64,000 bases of DNA, taken from Klebsiella phage iPHaGe-KPN-11i. Positions 37,108-45,730 of the stretch are shown piece by piece. Positions within the stretch are counted from its first letter, which is position 1; each line of letters begins with the position of its first letter. Where the stretch lies: sequence record OR637327.1; one strand, written 5' to 3'. A program made the translations under genes and the position numbers. The notes beneath the pieces were generated by a model. That model worked only from the letters and a program-made list of their open reading frames with translations, did no database searches and had not been told where the DNA came from.

Positions 37108-37509
37108 TTATGAGGATGATAGCTGGAGTTTGATTCTTTCTATTTCTTCCGGTTCATCAATGATGCTGTAGTAAATCGTTACGGTGATCGCGTTCTCGTC
37201 ATACTGCGGAATCACTTCAACATCCAGATTGTAAACACGGGGTTCGTATGCGCGGATCGCGGAGACAATCGAAGTCCTTACTGCTTCCGCTGTTAGCGGG
37301 TTCATGTTCTCGAAAATCTGTTCCCCGATCTCACAACCAAAGTTGCTATCGAAAGGCCGTGTGCCTTTTTGTGTTGTTACGATACCGATCAGACTATTCT
37401 TTACCGCTGCCGCCCCTTTCGAGGCGGTTACGTCATTGTTCCAGTCTTTTGTTAAGTTGGGATCGATATCGCTATACAGTAAGCGAAGGTTAACACCCAT
37501 TTTATCCAA
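37108..37509 (-). CDS. baseplate wedge protein, gp25-like (GPW/lysozyme-like fold)
   Basis: LYSDIDPN..DWN.DV, GIVTT.KG.RPFD..FGC and YEPRV...VIP.YD align with T4 gp25 throughout. Confidence 0.8.
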   Translation of the reverse strand: MDKMGVNLRLLYSDIDPNLTKDWNNDVTASKGAAAVKNSLIGIVTTQKGTRPFDSNFGCEIGEQIFENMNPLTAEAVRTSIVSAIRAYEPRVYNLDVEVIPQYDENAITVTIYYSIIDEPEEIERIKLQLSSS

Positions 37510-38065
37510 CCACCTTTAGAAACGCCTCTAAGCCTCTCAGTGCAACGATATGTTCGTAGCCACACGAACACCTTACCGGAATGTTTGCAACGATTGCTGG
37601 CTTATCCAGAGCGCTATTTATTGATTTAAAGACCGGATAGTCGATACTATCCAGAACGGCTTCTTTCTCTGACTCTTTACAGTCATCCCATAAGATTTGT
37701 TCACCGTCGATGACTACAAACTTAATCAGTTCGGGTAACTCTTCCTTTCCGGTGCGGTGTGGTTCGACTGAAATCTTGATCTCATTGCCGTACAGCTTTT
37801 CTTCGTATTCATCCACCATGATATGATGACGATTGAGCACAAACTTAATCAGTTCCCCGCATTCAGGGCATTTGATTTGGAGATCTACAGTCTCTTTGTT
37901 GATACTGTCGAACAGAGCCATAATGTAAACATAATCGCGCTGATGCTTGAACACATCACCTTCAATAATGAAGTTATCCGTGTCATCAAGATCGCCAATG
38001 GTTAACGGGCGATAAGTCACATTATATTTTGGGATATGTCGTGGTGTATGTTTACGCATTTGCAT
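37502..38065 (-). CDS. putative baseplate protein with zinc ribbon (187 aa)
   Basis: CPECG...CSCG. Position and size fit a gp26/gp53-like baseplate component. Confidence 0.4.
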   Translation of the reverse strand: MQMRKHTPRHIPKYNVTYRPLTIGDLDDTDNFIIEGDVFKHQRDYVYIMALFDSINKETVDLQIKCPECGELIKFVLNRHHIMVDEYEEKLYGNEIKISVEPHRTGKEELPELIKFVVIDGEQILWDDCKESEKEAVLDSIDYPVFKSINSALDKPAIVANIPVRCSCGYEHIVALRGLEAFLKVVG

Positions 38066-38795
38066 TCTCTTTTCGTTTCAAGTCTTCCGCCAGCAATGCA
38101 ACGTAAATTGAACGTTCCATCGGGCTTCCATTCATTATAGGTTCAATCTGTACGGTATTCTTATTTAACAAATAGTTGGTTTTGAAGAACTCATTCAGTT
38201 CTGATTTGTTGAACAGGATTTTGTACAGTGTCAATAAGTCGCTGAACTCAATATCACGCACGGTAACATGACAGGACTTGCGTAACAGTTTAACGATATT
38301 TTCCATATCTTCAATAGACACCAGATCCAGGATCGCGTTCTTTGTATCCTCGTCTAATGCATTCCATTCGTATCTTTCGCCGTCCTGCTTGACATACTGG
38401 ATACATTCAAGGAATAATTGTTCACTGTTGTTACGATGTTTCGGGAATTTGAATCCCAGAGTAAGCGAATCATCAAGGGCATATTCATTTTGCAGAACGT
38501 AATCAGTTACATGCATGAATGCTTCTGATTGTCCGCTGCTTCCTTTGATTCGGATCTTGATTGCGTTCTTACCGAACGATACACAATACACCTTAGTGAA
38601 TATGTTTTCCTGTTCGGTGCGGGAATAACCCGGATACAGAATATCTAAAATTTCATCCAGCATTTCTTGCTGTTCTGTGAGCGTCTTCCCTTCCATGTCC
38701 GCGCTTGTGAGTAAGAAACTCAACTGATCGCGCACGGTAAACATAGGGAATCGCTTCACTCCACCAGGGAGTTTTACGCGGATTATATCAATCAT
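38052..38795 (-). CDS. putative baseplate/tail assembly protein (247 aa)
   Basis: ORF in the morphogenesis operon, with overlapping start and stop codons. Confidence 0.45.
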   Translation of the reverse strand: MIDIIRVKLPGGVKRFPMFTVRDQLSFLLTSADMEGKTLTEQQEMLDEILDILYPGYSRTEQENIFTKVYCVSFGKNAIKIRIKGSSGQSEAFMHVTDYVLQNEYALDDSLTLGFKFPKHRNNSEQLFLECIQYVKQDGERYEWNALDEDTKNAILDLVSIEDMENIVKLLRKSCHVTVRDIEFSDLLTLYKILFNKSELNEFFKTNYLLNKNTVQIEPIMNGSPMERSIYVALLAEDLKRKENANA

Positions 38796-38804
38796 TTTAA
38801 CCTC

Positions 38805-38822
38805 AAAAGGGGCTTTCGCCCC
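38805..38822 (-). terminator. intra-operon terminator/attenuator
   Basis: ggggctttcgcccc hairpin with a T-run on the minus strand, just downstream of the 287-aa gene. Confidence 0.4.
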
Positions 38823-39686
38823 TTATTGTCCTGTAACCACACCACGAACGGCAATTGCTGCCCCTTCGATAAGTGATTGTTTGAATCCGTCCCAACCTTC
38901 TTTATCTGCTTCGACAAGCCAGCCTGTTTTATAGGCAAAGTCAACAGTGAATGTCCAGATTTCGTTATTGCTTTCATAACTCAGTTCTGGATTGCTGACT
39001 TTAACAGGCAAACACTTCTGGAATACATACGTGCTGTGCGGGACACCATCGCGATTGTGTAAGTTTACCTGGATCGCGCTTGATACTTCATCAATGAATG
39101 CGAACTGGCCTGAGACATCATCACGAATAGCTGATAACCATTCGTTGAATACTTTCAGGTTACGCGCTTCTGAATCCACACGGAACGTTAGCGATAATTC
39201 ACCATTCTCCGGTCGGGTGAATCGGATCTGGGGTACACCGCCATTATACACGTATTCATAACCCAGTGTTTTACCAGGCAACTGAACACCAACGATGCTC
39301 AACCCCATATTATACATCATTTTGTCACGGAATTCTGTTAGCATCTGTCCGTAAACACTATCACCAAACAGGGAAGTAATTAAACGAGGGCTTAACGCCC
39401 CCATGATTTTACTGAAACCTGTTTTGTTCAGGGACATAATAGCTTTATCAACTGTATAGCTGAATAGCTTGCTTACGCCCCCTGTAATAGCGTTCATGAA
39501 CTCGTTCGGGTTATTCGCGTTAATGGAACTCATAGTACCATCTATTAAAGTATCGCGGATACTCCCTATCGTGCTATCGAGAATGCGTGATGCTGGACTG
39601 GTTGCGAATACAACACTAAACAGGTTGCTTCGCTGAAAGTCTCTATTTGCCATTCCTGACAAAAATTCATCTACGCTATAGAACAT
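38823..39686 (-). CDS. putative tail/baseplate structural protein (287 aa)
   Basis: ORF in the morphogenesis operon. Confidence 0.45.
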   Translation of the reverse strand: MFYSVDEFLSGMANRDFQRSNLFSVVFATSPASRILDSTIGSIRDTLIDGTMSSINANNPNEFMNAITGGVSKLFSYTVDKAIMSLNKTGFSKIMGALSPRLITSLFGDSVYGQMLTEFRDKMMYNMGLSIVGVQLPGKTLGYEYVYNGGVPQIRFTRPENGELSLTFRVDSEARNLKVFNEWLSAIRDDVSGQFAFIDEVSSAIQVNLHNRDGVPHSTYVFQKCLPVKVSNPELSYESNNEIWTFTVDFAYKTGWLVEADKEGWDGFKQSLIEGAAIAVRGVVTGQ

Positions 39687-39695
39687 TGTTCCCCC

Positions 39696-40781
39696 TTAAT
39701 ACTGCGTATCAAAAATCGAATCCTGACGCATATCGATCAGTTCCATAAACTGAATTTCGATTTCAACTGCGATCGGGGTGTTCGGTGATTCTCTCAACGT
39801 ATTTACAATGTTGTCCATTGTACGCCCGAAACGAACGCTGGTAATACCTGCTGGCCCAAATGTAGAATGAGGGAACCGCAAACTGTCACCTGTCTGGAAG
39901 TCACGAATAAACCACACAGGAGGCGATTTAATAACTTCAACGTTCGATACGAAGTCAACAATCTGATCCCCGATACTGCCGTTGAAATCGCTTGCTGTCG
40001 TCTGGTTTGTTGATGGTGCAAAAACGTTTGCAACCTTCGAAGCGCTGGAATTATACGCTTGCTTAACCAGTCCGGCTAATTCTGCTGGAGTACCACCCGA
40101 AGTAGTACCATAACCCAACACCGTGAACAGGTAATAGATTTTAATCAGTTCCAGCAGGTCATAACGGCTTTCGATAACGAATGTATTGTAATACATCTTT
40201 GTGCGCTTATCAGAGCCTTGAAACGCTGCTTTCGTACCGATGTCGATTGCTTCCCTACGGTCTGCCAGAATACCACCAGAAACGGATTCTACAGCGCCCC
40301 AGATAACGTTTGATACTGCACGGGATAGACCTTTAGCAACAATACTATCGGTCGCGTCCTGATAGCGGTGTGAGTTCACTTCGTTATCGTTCAGGCTTCG
40401 CGGTAAAAGTATTTGACAAATTGGGTTAAGTGTACCCATAGTACGGGTATTCAAAACCTGTTTGTATCGAACGTTCCCAGTGTTGGCACTAAGGATCTGT
40501 TGCGCGTTCTGTGCGGCCTGACGCAATGAGCGATAGTTATCTTTGCTTCCTGGTGCAAGTCCACCACTGAAATCATATGCTGTAAACAGCAAGCCGTTAT
40601 TATAAAGGCTTGATGCGTTGTACGCGTTATCAATACCTGCTGCACGTTGGGAAGGAAATTCCGCTGTTACGATCGGTTGAGTCAACGCGTTTTTAGTTGT
40701 TGCAGCACCCCCAGAGGGGATGCCAGCATTTTTGATTTCAGCAAATGATTGTACAGTGTCTTGCAATACTGTAATTTTCAT
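39696..40781 (-). CDS. putative tail/baseplate structural protein (361 aa)
   Basis: ORF in the morphogenesis operon. Confidence 0.45.
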   Translation of the reverse strand: MKITVLQDTVQSFAEIKNAGIPSGGAATTKNALTQPIVTAEFPSQRAAGIDNAYNASSLYNNGLLFTAYDFSGGLAPGSKDNYRSLRQAAQNAQQILSANTGNVRYKQVLNTRTMGTLNPICQILLPRSLNDNEVNSHRYQDATDSIVAKGLSRAVSNVIWGAVESVSGGILADRREAIDIGTKAAFQGSDKRTKMYYNTFVIESRYDLLELIKIYYLFTVLGYGTTSGGTPAELAGLVKQAYNSSASKVANVFAPSTNQTTASDFNGSIGDQIVDFVSNVEVIKSPPVWFIRDFQTGDSLRFPHSTFGPAGITSVRFGRTMDNIVNTLRESPNTPIAVEIEIQFMELIDMRQDSIFDTQY

Positions 40782-40792
40782 TTAAATTTCCT

Positions 40793-42541
40793 TTAAGCTA
40801 ATGCAATCAATGGTTTACGGTCAGTTCGTTGGACTGAATGCTGAACCGTGTTGTTTACTGTTTTGTTGTTGACCTGAACGCTGTTAGGCGTTGTAGGCTG
40901 AACAGGCGCTTTCACTGCTTCCGGTTGCTTGTCAATACTTGCACTCGTTTCCGGTACTGCGGTGATTTTTTCCTGCCAGCGGGAGATCATATCACGATAT
41001 CGGTCTTTATCGTCCTCATTCAGCTTGTTCGAATTGTTTTTCTCTTCAAGCGATTCTATGAGTTTTTCCATTACCTTTTTATCGTTGCCCGTCAAATTGT
41101 CTTTGTTCAGGATTTCATCGCCCTGATCGAATTCATTATCTGCTTTAGGTTTCGCTTTCTCTTGCGCTGCTTCGATCTGTTTGGTTTCATCTACACGTTG
41201 ACGGTTCGCGGTATTCTCTTTGTCAACCTCAGCCTGTAACAGTGCAGGGTTTTCCTGCAATGCTTTCAGTTCTTTCTTCTTCTCTTCGGTGATCTTCTCT
41301 TCGAGTTCTACCTGATTGCGAAGTTCTTCAAGATGCTTGGATTGTGCTTTCTGTGCTTCTGTCTGTTGCCCGAAACTATATGAGAATGTACCCTGCGTAG
41401 CCTTAACCTGATCGACGAGCTTAGAACGCTGTTCAACAACTTTATCGTTCTGATCTTGGATCTCTTGCTGTTTCAACAGAACCAAATCATCTTTATCAAT
41501 CTCAAGACCGTATTTCTGTTTATCGCGTAGCGCTGATACCTTCATCCCGCGTCCGGCGTTAGTAATCGTTTCTGATCCGGTATATTCGCCCAGAGCATAG
41601 ATTAGATTACCGATACCTTCCGTGATTGCGGTTTTAATGGTATCGCCCAGAATTTTAAACGGTTCGAGGAACAAGTTTTTCAATGATCCGCCCAAATCCT
41701 TCATATTGAAGTTTTGCAGCCCTTCATTGATTTTTTCTGCAAGGGCTTTAATATTTCCGAAGTATGATCCAAATAACTCTTTCGAGGCTTCACCCTCTGC
41801 GAGAATATCCTGGAACCACTTCTGAATAACCTTGCTCAGAACGTCGATAGCGAATACGATACTACCGATAATCAAAGTCCATTTGGCAAACTTCGCCAGC
41901 GCTTCGAGAGAGTATCCGATAAAGCGAGACAGAAGACCAGATGTATTATCCTTGATTGAACCCAGCAACGCAAGAACGCGCTTACTGAATTTCTTCTCGT
42001 CTTTATCCTTATCGCGGATCTTCTTCTTGTCCCGATCGACCTCCGGTTCCTCTTCCGGTACTGGTTCAGGTTCCGGCGCGGGGGCTGGTTTCTTTTCAGC
42101 GAGTTCGATAAACTTGGTGATTGCTTCTGCAATCGTTCCGGTGTATGTTTCGATTTTCGCAAATGGGTTATGCTGGTTCGATACACTGACGGAGTTATCA
42201 ACACTGGTTGTGCTGTTGTCTGTTAATGATGGTGGACGCGCTGGCCCAACAAAATCGGGCAACTGTTCAGCAAGTGGTTGTTGATCCTGTTCGTATTGTT
42301 CCTGGAAGCCAGCGAATTTCTCTTTGAAACGATCCTCAAAGGATTTCACACTGTCTTTGATGTCCAGTGTATTCAGCGCGGTTTCAAGGGTGTTATCATT
42401 GATATCCTTTAACTCGCGCATCGAATCTTTATCTAACGTTGCCTGGATCTTCCGAACAGTTGGTTGCGCCTGTGGTTTTGGTGGATTCTGCATCCGACGA
42501 CGTTGTTCTTCGTTAAAATATGGATTGCTAGCCATTATCAT
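40793..42541 (-). CDS. tape-measure/gp29-like tail length protein candidate (582 aa)
   Basis: Long K/E-rich coiled coils, a Pro/Glu-rich linker and a central hydrophobic patch. Size is close to T4 gp29 (590 aa). First large gene of the operon. Confidence 0.35.
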   Translation of the reverse strand: MIMASNPYFNEEQRRRMQNPPKPQAQPTVRKIQATLDKDSMRELKDINDNTLETALNTLDIKDSVKSFEDRFKEKFAGFQEQYEQDQQPLAEQLPDFVGPARPPSLTDNSTTSVDNSVSVSNQHNPFAKIETYTGTIAEAITKFIELAEKKPAPAPEPEPVPEEEPEVDRDKKKIRDKDKDEKKFSKRVLALLGSIKDNTSGLLSRFIGYSLEALAKFAKWTLIIGSIVFAIDVLSKVIQKWFQDILAEGEASKELFGSYFGNIKALAEKINEGLQNFNMKDLGGSLKNLFLEPFKILGDTIKTAITEGIGNLIYALGEYTGSETITNAGRGMKVSALRDKQKYGLEIDKDDLVLLKQQEIQDQNDKVVEQRSKLVDQVKATQGTFSYSFGQQTEAQKAQSKHLEELRNQVELEEKITEEKKKELKALQENPALLQAEVDKENTANRQRVDETKQIEAAQEKAKPKADNEFDQGDEILNKDNLTGNDKKVMEKLIESLEEKNNSNKLNEDDKDRYRDMISRWQEKITAVPETSASIDKQPEAVKAPVQPTTPNSVQVNNKTVNNTVQHSVQRTDRKPLIALA

Positions 42542-43116
42542 TCACCGATGATGTTAAGCCCTTTAATGGTTTTCCCCTCATGCACAATATAGACTTCCTG
42601 GAGTACGCCACGTTTTACATCGTCATATTCATAACGATACAGGCAGTTAATTAATTGAATACGGTTTTCGTCCGTCAGTTCGATCGGCTTCCCGTTGTCA
42701 TACGCTTCTTTAAGCAGTAATGCCAGATCATCCAGCATTAGGGTCGGTTTGTTGAAGACCAATCGAAGGTTATCAAAAGTATGTTCATACTTAGCTTCGC
42801 TGATTTTCATATCATCCAGATTAATACCGATCTCTTTCAATACAGCCATTGCTTTATCGTCATTATGATAATGCAGGTGAATCAAAAGGAATTCGGTTTC
42901 TGCTGCGGTTAATTCGCGCGGTTGAATCTCTTTGATGATATACTCAAGCAACTGCATTGGGTCTTTCATTGCTTTAATCTGGGTGAAATGACGATAACCC
43001 AGACGGGGGATCGTAACCTGTTCACCAGTAGGCAACGTGACTACTTTATTTTTGCTGTTCTTGATGTTTAAACGCGTAACCATAAATTTATCAAGTGTGT
43101 TTTTCTTCTCTTTCAT
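42538..43116 (-). CDS. hypothetical protein (192 aa), possible tail assembly chaperone
   Basis: First gene of the minus-strand operon, ATGA-coupled to the gene downstream. Confidence 0.4.
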   Translation of the reverse strand: MKEKKNTLDKFMVTRLNIKNSKNKVVTLPTGEQVTIPRLGYRHFTQIKAMKDPMQLLEYIIKEIQPRELTAAETEFLLIHLHYHNDDKAMAVLKEIGINLDDMKISEAKYEHTFDNLRLVFNKPTLMLDDLALLLKEAYDNGKPIELTDENRIQLINCLYRYEYDDVKRGVLQEVYIVHEGKTIKGLNIIGE

Positions 43117-43134
43117 GATCGCCTCAAGTATCCC

Positions 43135-43156
43135 GATATTTACTATTTAGTAAATA
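43135..43156. promoter_or_regulatory. palindromic operator-like site in divergent promoter region
   Basis: ATATTTACTA-tt-TAGTAAATAg, a 9/10 inverted repeat between the divergent starts at 43116 (-) and 43179 (+). Confidence 0.35.
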
Positions 43157-43178
43157 GAATATAAAGGGAGGATGTCTA

Positions 43179-44282
43179 ATGTCCAGTAAAGTTATAAACC
43201 GCGTCGTGTCGGTTAAATTATATCCAACATATGAAAAGTTCGCTGATAACGTCTATCTTGAATTGTTACCTGCCCTTGTCTCAATGAGTGAGAAAACCAT
43301 CATTAACGGTACTTCTGAAACATTGATGCAGATCTATGATAACCAGTTAATCTATCAGTTGACAGAGAAACCGATTATTCAGGTATCCTTCCAGTATAAC
43401 GAAACGTTAGAACAGCATTACTACGGTGTTCTGTATTCAAACGTCGAAACCGATGATATGAACCGCTCTATACTGCGCCTAAACCTTTCTCCGGTGCATA
43501 CGGTGTTTCGTCGTAAGTTTTCCCGTTCGTTCAGTAACAACGCCGTACAGACGATTACAGAGTGCATGACGGCACTGTATAATGATATGAAGTTGATCAC
43601 ACCACCTATCGACGCATCAAACGTGCGTATTCCTCCGGCTTGCCTGAGCGGGACGTATGAAACCGTGTTTGATTACATCCGTGACAACGGGCAGAGCGTA
43701 GATTCGTCTGACTTCTGTTATCTGTGGGAAGATGGTTCCGGTATCTTTATGAAAAGCAATACGGAGATCCTCGCACAAACCCCGTTAAAGGCTTACAAGT
43801 TCAACGTTAGTAACCCGTTTTTAGGTGACACTTTGGTATTCACTAAAGCGGAATACATTACGCATAAGGATAACACTACCCTGTTAGGGGATGCAAGTTT
43901 CTTTAGTTTCTCGATGACGGATAAAAAACTGTACAGTGATATCCTTGCGAGTACCGATATTGAAAACGCATGGATCACCATGAACCGGAACGCGGTATAT
44001 GAGAACAACTTCCAGAACCCAGACAAACAGGGCCAACCGTTCCAGGCTGTGAAGTGTCAGACGTTATCCAGTTATGAAAAACGTATTCGGTTTGATATCA
44101 ATCAGGGTCGAATGGATGTTAAAGTGGGGGCATTGATTGAGGTGTTAGGGGATGAATATTCAGGGAAGTATCTGATCGTTGAATGTATCCGCGACGTATC
44201 AAAAGATTTCCACCTGCAAACATTAGAATGTGTACAGGTGGCAGCGGCTACTAACGACACCAGCAAAACAAGTGAGGCTTAG
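43179..44282 (+). CDS. hypothetical protein (367 aa)
   Basis: AGGGAGG RBS. Lone plus-strand gene embedded among minus-strand genes. Confidence 0.5.
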   Translation: MSSKVINRVVSVKLYPTYEKFADNVYLELLPALVSMSEKTIINGTSETLMQIYDNQLIYQLTEKPIIQVSFQYNETLEQHYYGVLYSNVETDDMNRSILRLNLSPVHTVFRRKFSRSFSNNAVQTITECMTALYNDMKLITPPIDASNVRIPPACLSGTYETVFDYIRDNGQSVDSSDFCYLWEDGSGIFMKSNTEILAQTPLKAYKFNVSNPFLGDTLVFTKAEYITHKDNTTLLGDASFFSFSMTDKKLYSDILASTDIENAWITMNRNAVYENNFQNPDKQGQPFQAVKCQTLSSYEKRIRFDINQGRMDVKVGALIEVLGDEYSGKYLIVECIRDVSKDFHLQTLECVQVAAATNDTSKTSEA

Positions 44283-44653
44283 GCCGTAGTTTCTTCATGA
44301 TAGCCCATGAACAGGTCGAACACGTTGTTCTTGTTCTGTTTACGGGCTTTCTTGATATTCTCGTAGTTCTCGCGAGGCATATCAATCATGAAGCACTTCT
44401 GACGCGCTGTAGCGTTCTCTGTGAGCGCAAACAGTTCATCTTCGGTGTAATCCTTGTTTTTGTCCAGATCGAGAATGACGCATTGCCAGGTGTCTTCATC
44501 ACTGGTTTGCTGCATCATCACCAGTGCGGCGTTTTTGAATCCTAGATTATGCGCAAGCATTTCATGGACGAATTCACGATCCTGATCTTCATAACGGATT
44601 TCTTGTCCTTCCCAACGGATAAGGCGCACAGTCTTACTTGGTTCATTTTTCAT
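44279..44653 (-). CDS. hypothetical protein (124 aa)
   Basis: ORF convergent with 43179..44282. Confidence 0.45.
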   Translation of the reverse strand: MKNEPSKTVRLIRWEGQEIRYEDQDREFVHEMLAHNLGFKNAALVMMQQTSDEDTWQCVILDLDKNKDYTEDELFALTENATARQKCFMIDMPRENYENIKKARKQNKNNVFDLFMGYHEETTA

Positions 44654-44940
44654 AACGTGGTTTTCCTGCTCATAAGTTCGCGTAAACGTTTCGTCGGTTC
44701 AGGTGGGTTTTTGATGATCTCTTGAATCTGATCCCACACTTCCGGTGAAACTTCTTTCCTGTCCATGATAACGATATTCTGATTATCACAGCACTTTCCA
44801 ACCATTACGGATCGCCCACAATTAAGGCAAATCGTATCAGGGCATTTTCCAAGTTTATCAGGGTCGATAGATTCAAGGAATCTTCTTGCTACCGATAACC
44901 GCTCTTTAACTTCTATTGGGTCATATTCTTTATTTTTCAT
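44650..44940 (-). CDS. zinc-ribbon protein (96 aa)
   Basis: CPDTICLNCGRSVMVGKCC. Confidence 0.45.
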   Translation of the reverse strand: MKNKEYDPIEVKERLSVARRFLESIDPDKLGKCPDTICLNCGRSVMVGKCCDNQNIVIMDRKEVSPEVWDQIQEIIKNPPEPTKRLRELMSRKTTL

Positions 44941-45128
44941 GCTAACAATTGACTCCCCTCATAATTGGTAGGAACCCGACAGGCAAAAAACAATTGTTGG
45001 TGTTCCCAGTTTTTACGCGCCTGTTCTGGAGTATCACCCCATGCAGCATCAAACCCAGTTTTCGCACAGCACCAGCGAAGATTCGGGTCTTCGCTGATAG
45101 TTTCGAATATTTCGAGTTTCTTACTCAT
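44937..45128 (-). CDS. hypothetical protein (63 aa)
   Basis: ORF, coupled. Confidence 0.4.
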   Translation of the reverse strand: MSKKLEIFETISEDPNLRWCCAKTGFDAAWGDTPEQARKNWEHQQLFFACRVPTNYEGSQLLA

Positions 45129-45304
45129 TTCAGGTCACCGATAATTTCCATCGCGGCTTCGATGTTTTCAACACCACCAAAGGTATTCCAACTTACTTCA
45201 AGGAGTTTGATACCAGGAAGATAAACCCCAACCAGCGCACCGATAGCATCGTGGATAGCGTAGTTGCCGTTTTGAAGTTGATTTGCAGTGTGCATAACTT
45301 TCAT
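45125..45304 (-). CDS. small protein (59 aa)
   Basis: Start reassigned to the ATG after the minus-strand CATCGAAACGAAAGGAGA leader. The listed N-terminal extension is translated leader. Confidence 0.45.
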   Translation of the reverse strand: MKVMHTANQLQNGNYAIHDAIGALVGVYLPGIKLLEVSWNTFGGVENIEAAMEIIGDLK

Positions 45305-45350
45305 GATGTTTCTCCTTTCGTTTCGATGTAGGTAATGTACCACTACATTA
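45305..45350 (-). promoter_or_regulatory. promoter-leader element (copy j, minus strand)
   Basis: Reverse complement reads GGTAATGTAGTGGTACATTACCTACATCGAAACGAAAGGAGAAACATC-ATG. Confidence 0.4.
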
Positions 45351-45365
45351 CCCAGAACACAAGCA

Positions 45366-45638
45366 TTATTTTTCGATTTCGTAGCACTCTTCAACTTCGA
45401 TGTTTACCAGAGGTACTTCGATATCCCATGAATCCGCTTGTGCATCGTATACGGCTTTGTCTTCGTCGTTCAGAGGCAGACAAGTAACCCAACCGTCAGT
45501 AACGCGCATCACGCGCATTTTAGAAAGGCTTTCGAGTGCGTCCGCTGGCAGTTTTTCACCACCGTTACCCAGTTGTGCCAAACGGTCTTCATTTACCAGA
45601 ACGATTACTTTGCCTTCGAGTTCTTTAGTGATTTGCAT
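45366..45638 (-). CDS. hypothetical protein (90 aa)
   Basis: First ATG after the minus-strand cassette. Confidence 0.5.
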   Translation of the reverse strand: MQITKELEGKVIVLVNEDRLAQLGNGGEKLPADALESLSKMRVMRVTDGWVTCLPLNDEDKAVYDAQADSWDIEVPLVNIEVEECYEIEK

Positions 45639-45716
45639 GGGATGTTCCTTTTGTCTGTTTCGTTTCGATGTGTGTAATATACAAAAAGCCCCTCACATAT
45701 GCAAGGGGCTTCTTTA
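45639..45716 (-). promoter_or_regulatory. terminator-promoter-leader cassette (copy i, minus strand)
   Basis: Reverse complement reads agccccttgcatatgtgaggggct-TTTTTGTATATTACACACATCGAAACGAAACAGACAAAAGGAAC. It terminates the ligase gene and drives 45366..45638. Confidence 0.55.
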
Positions 45717-45730
45717 GCAAAAAGTGCTAT

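Noticed and set aside
40793-42541. The 582-aa K/E-rich protein as a host-like chromosome-segregation or SMC fragment.
   Set aside because: Its context is the first large gene of a tail/baseplate operon, and its size is close to T4 gp29. The composition is typical of tape-measure or hub proteins. It is kept as a structural candidate at low confidence.
3017-45716. The repeated GC-rich hairpins, read as a CRISPR array or MITE-like mobile repeats.
   Set aside because: The copies are not regularly spaced and have no uniform spacers. Each sits immediately upstream of a start codon at fixed distance, with a T-run, which fits terminator-promoter cassettes rather than CRISPR repeats or transposable elements. 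No cas genes are present.
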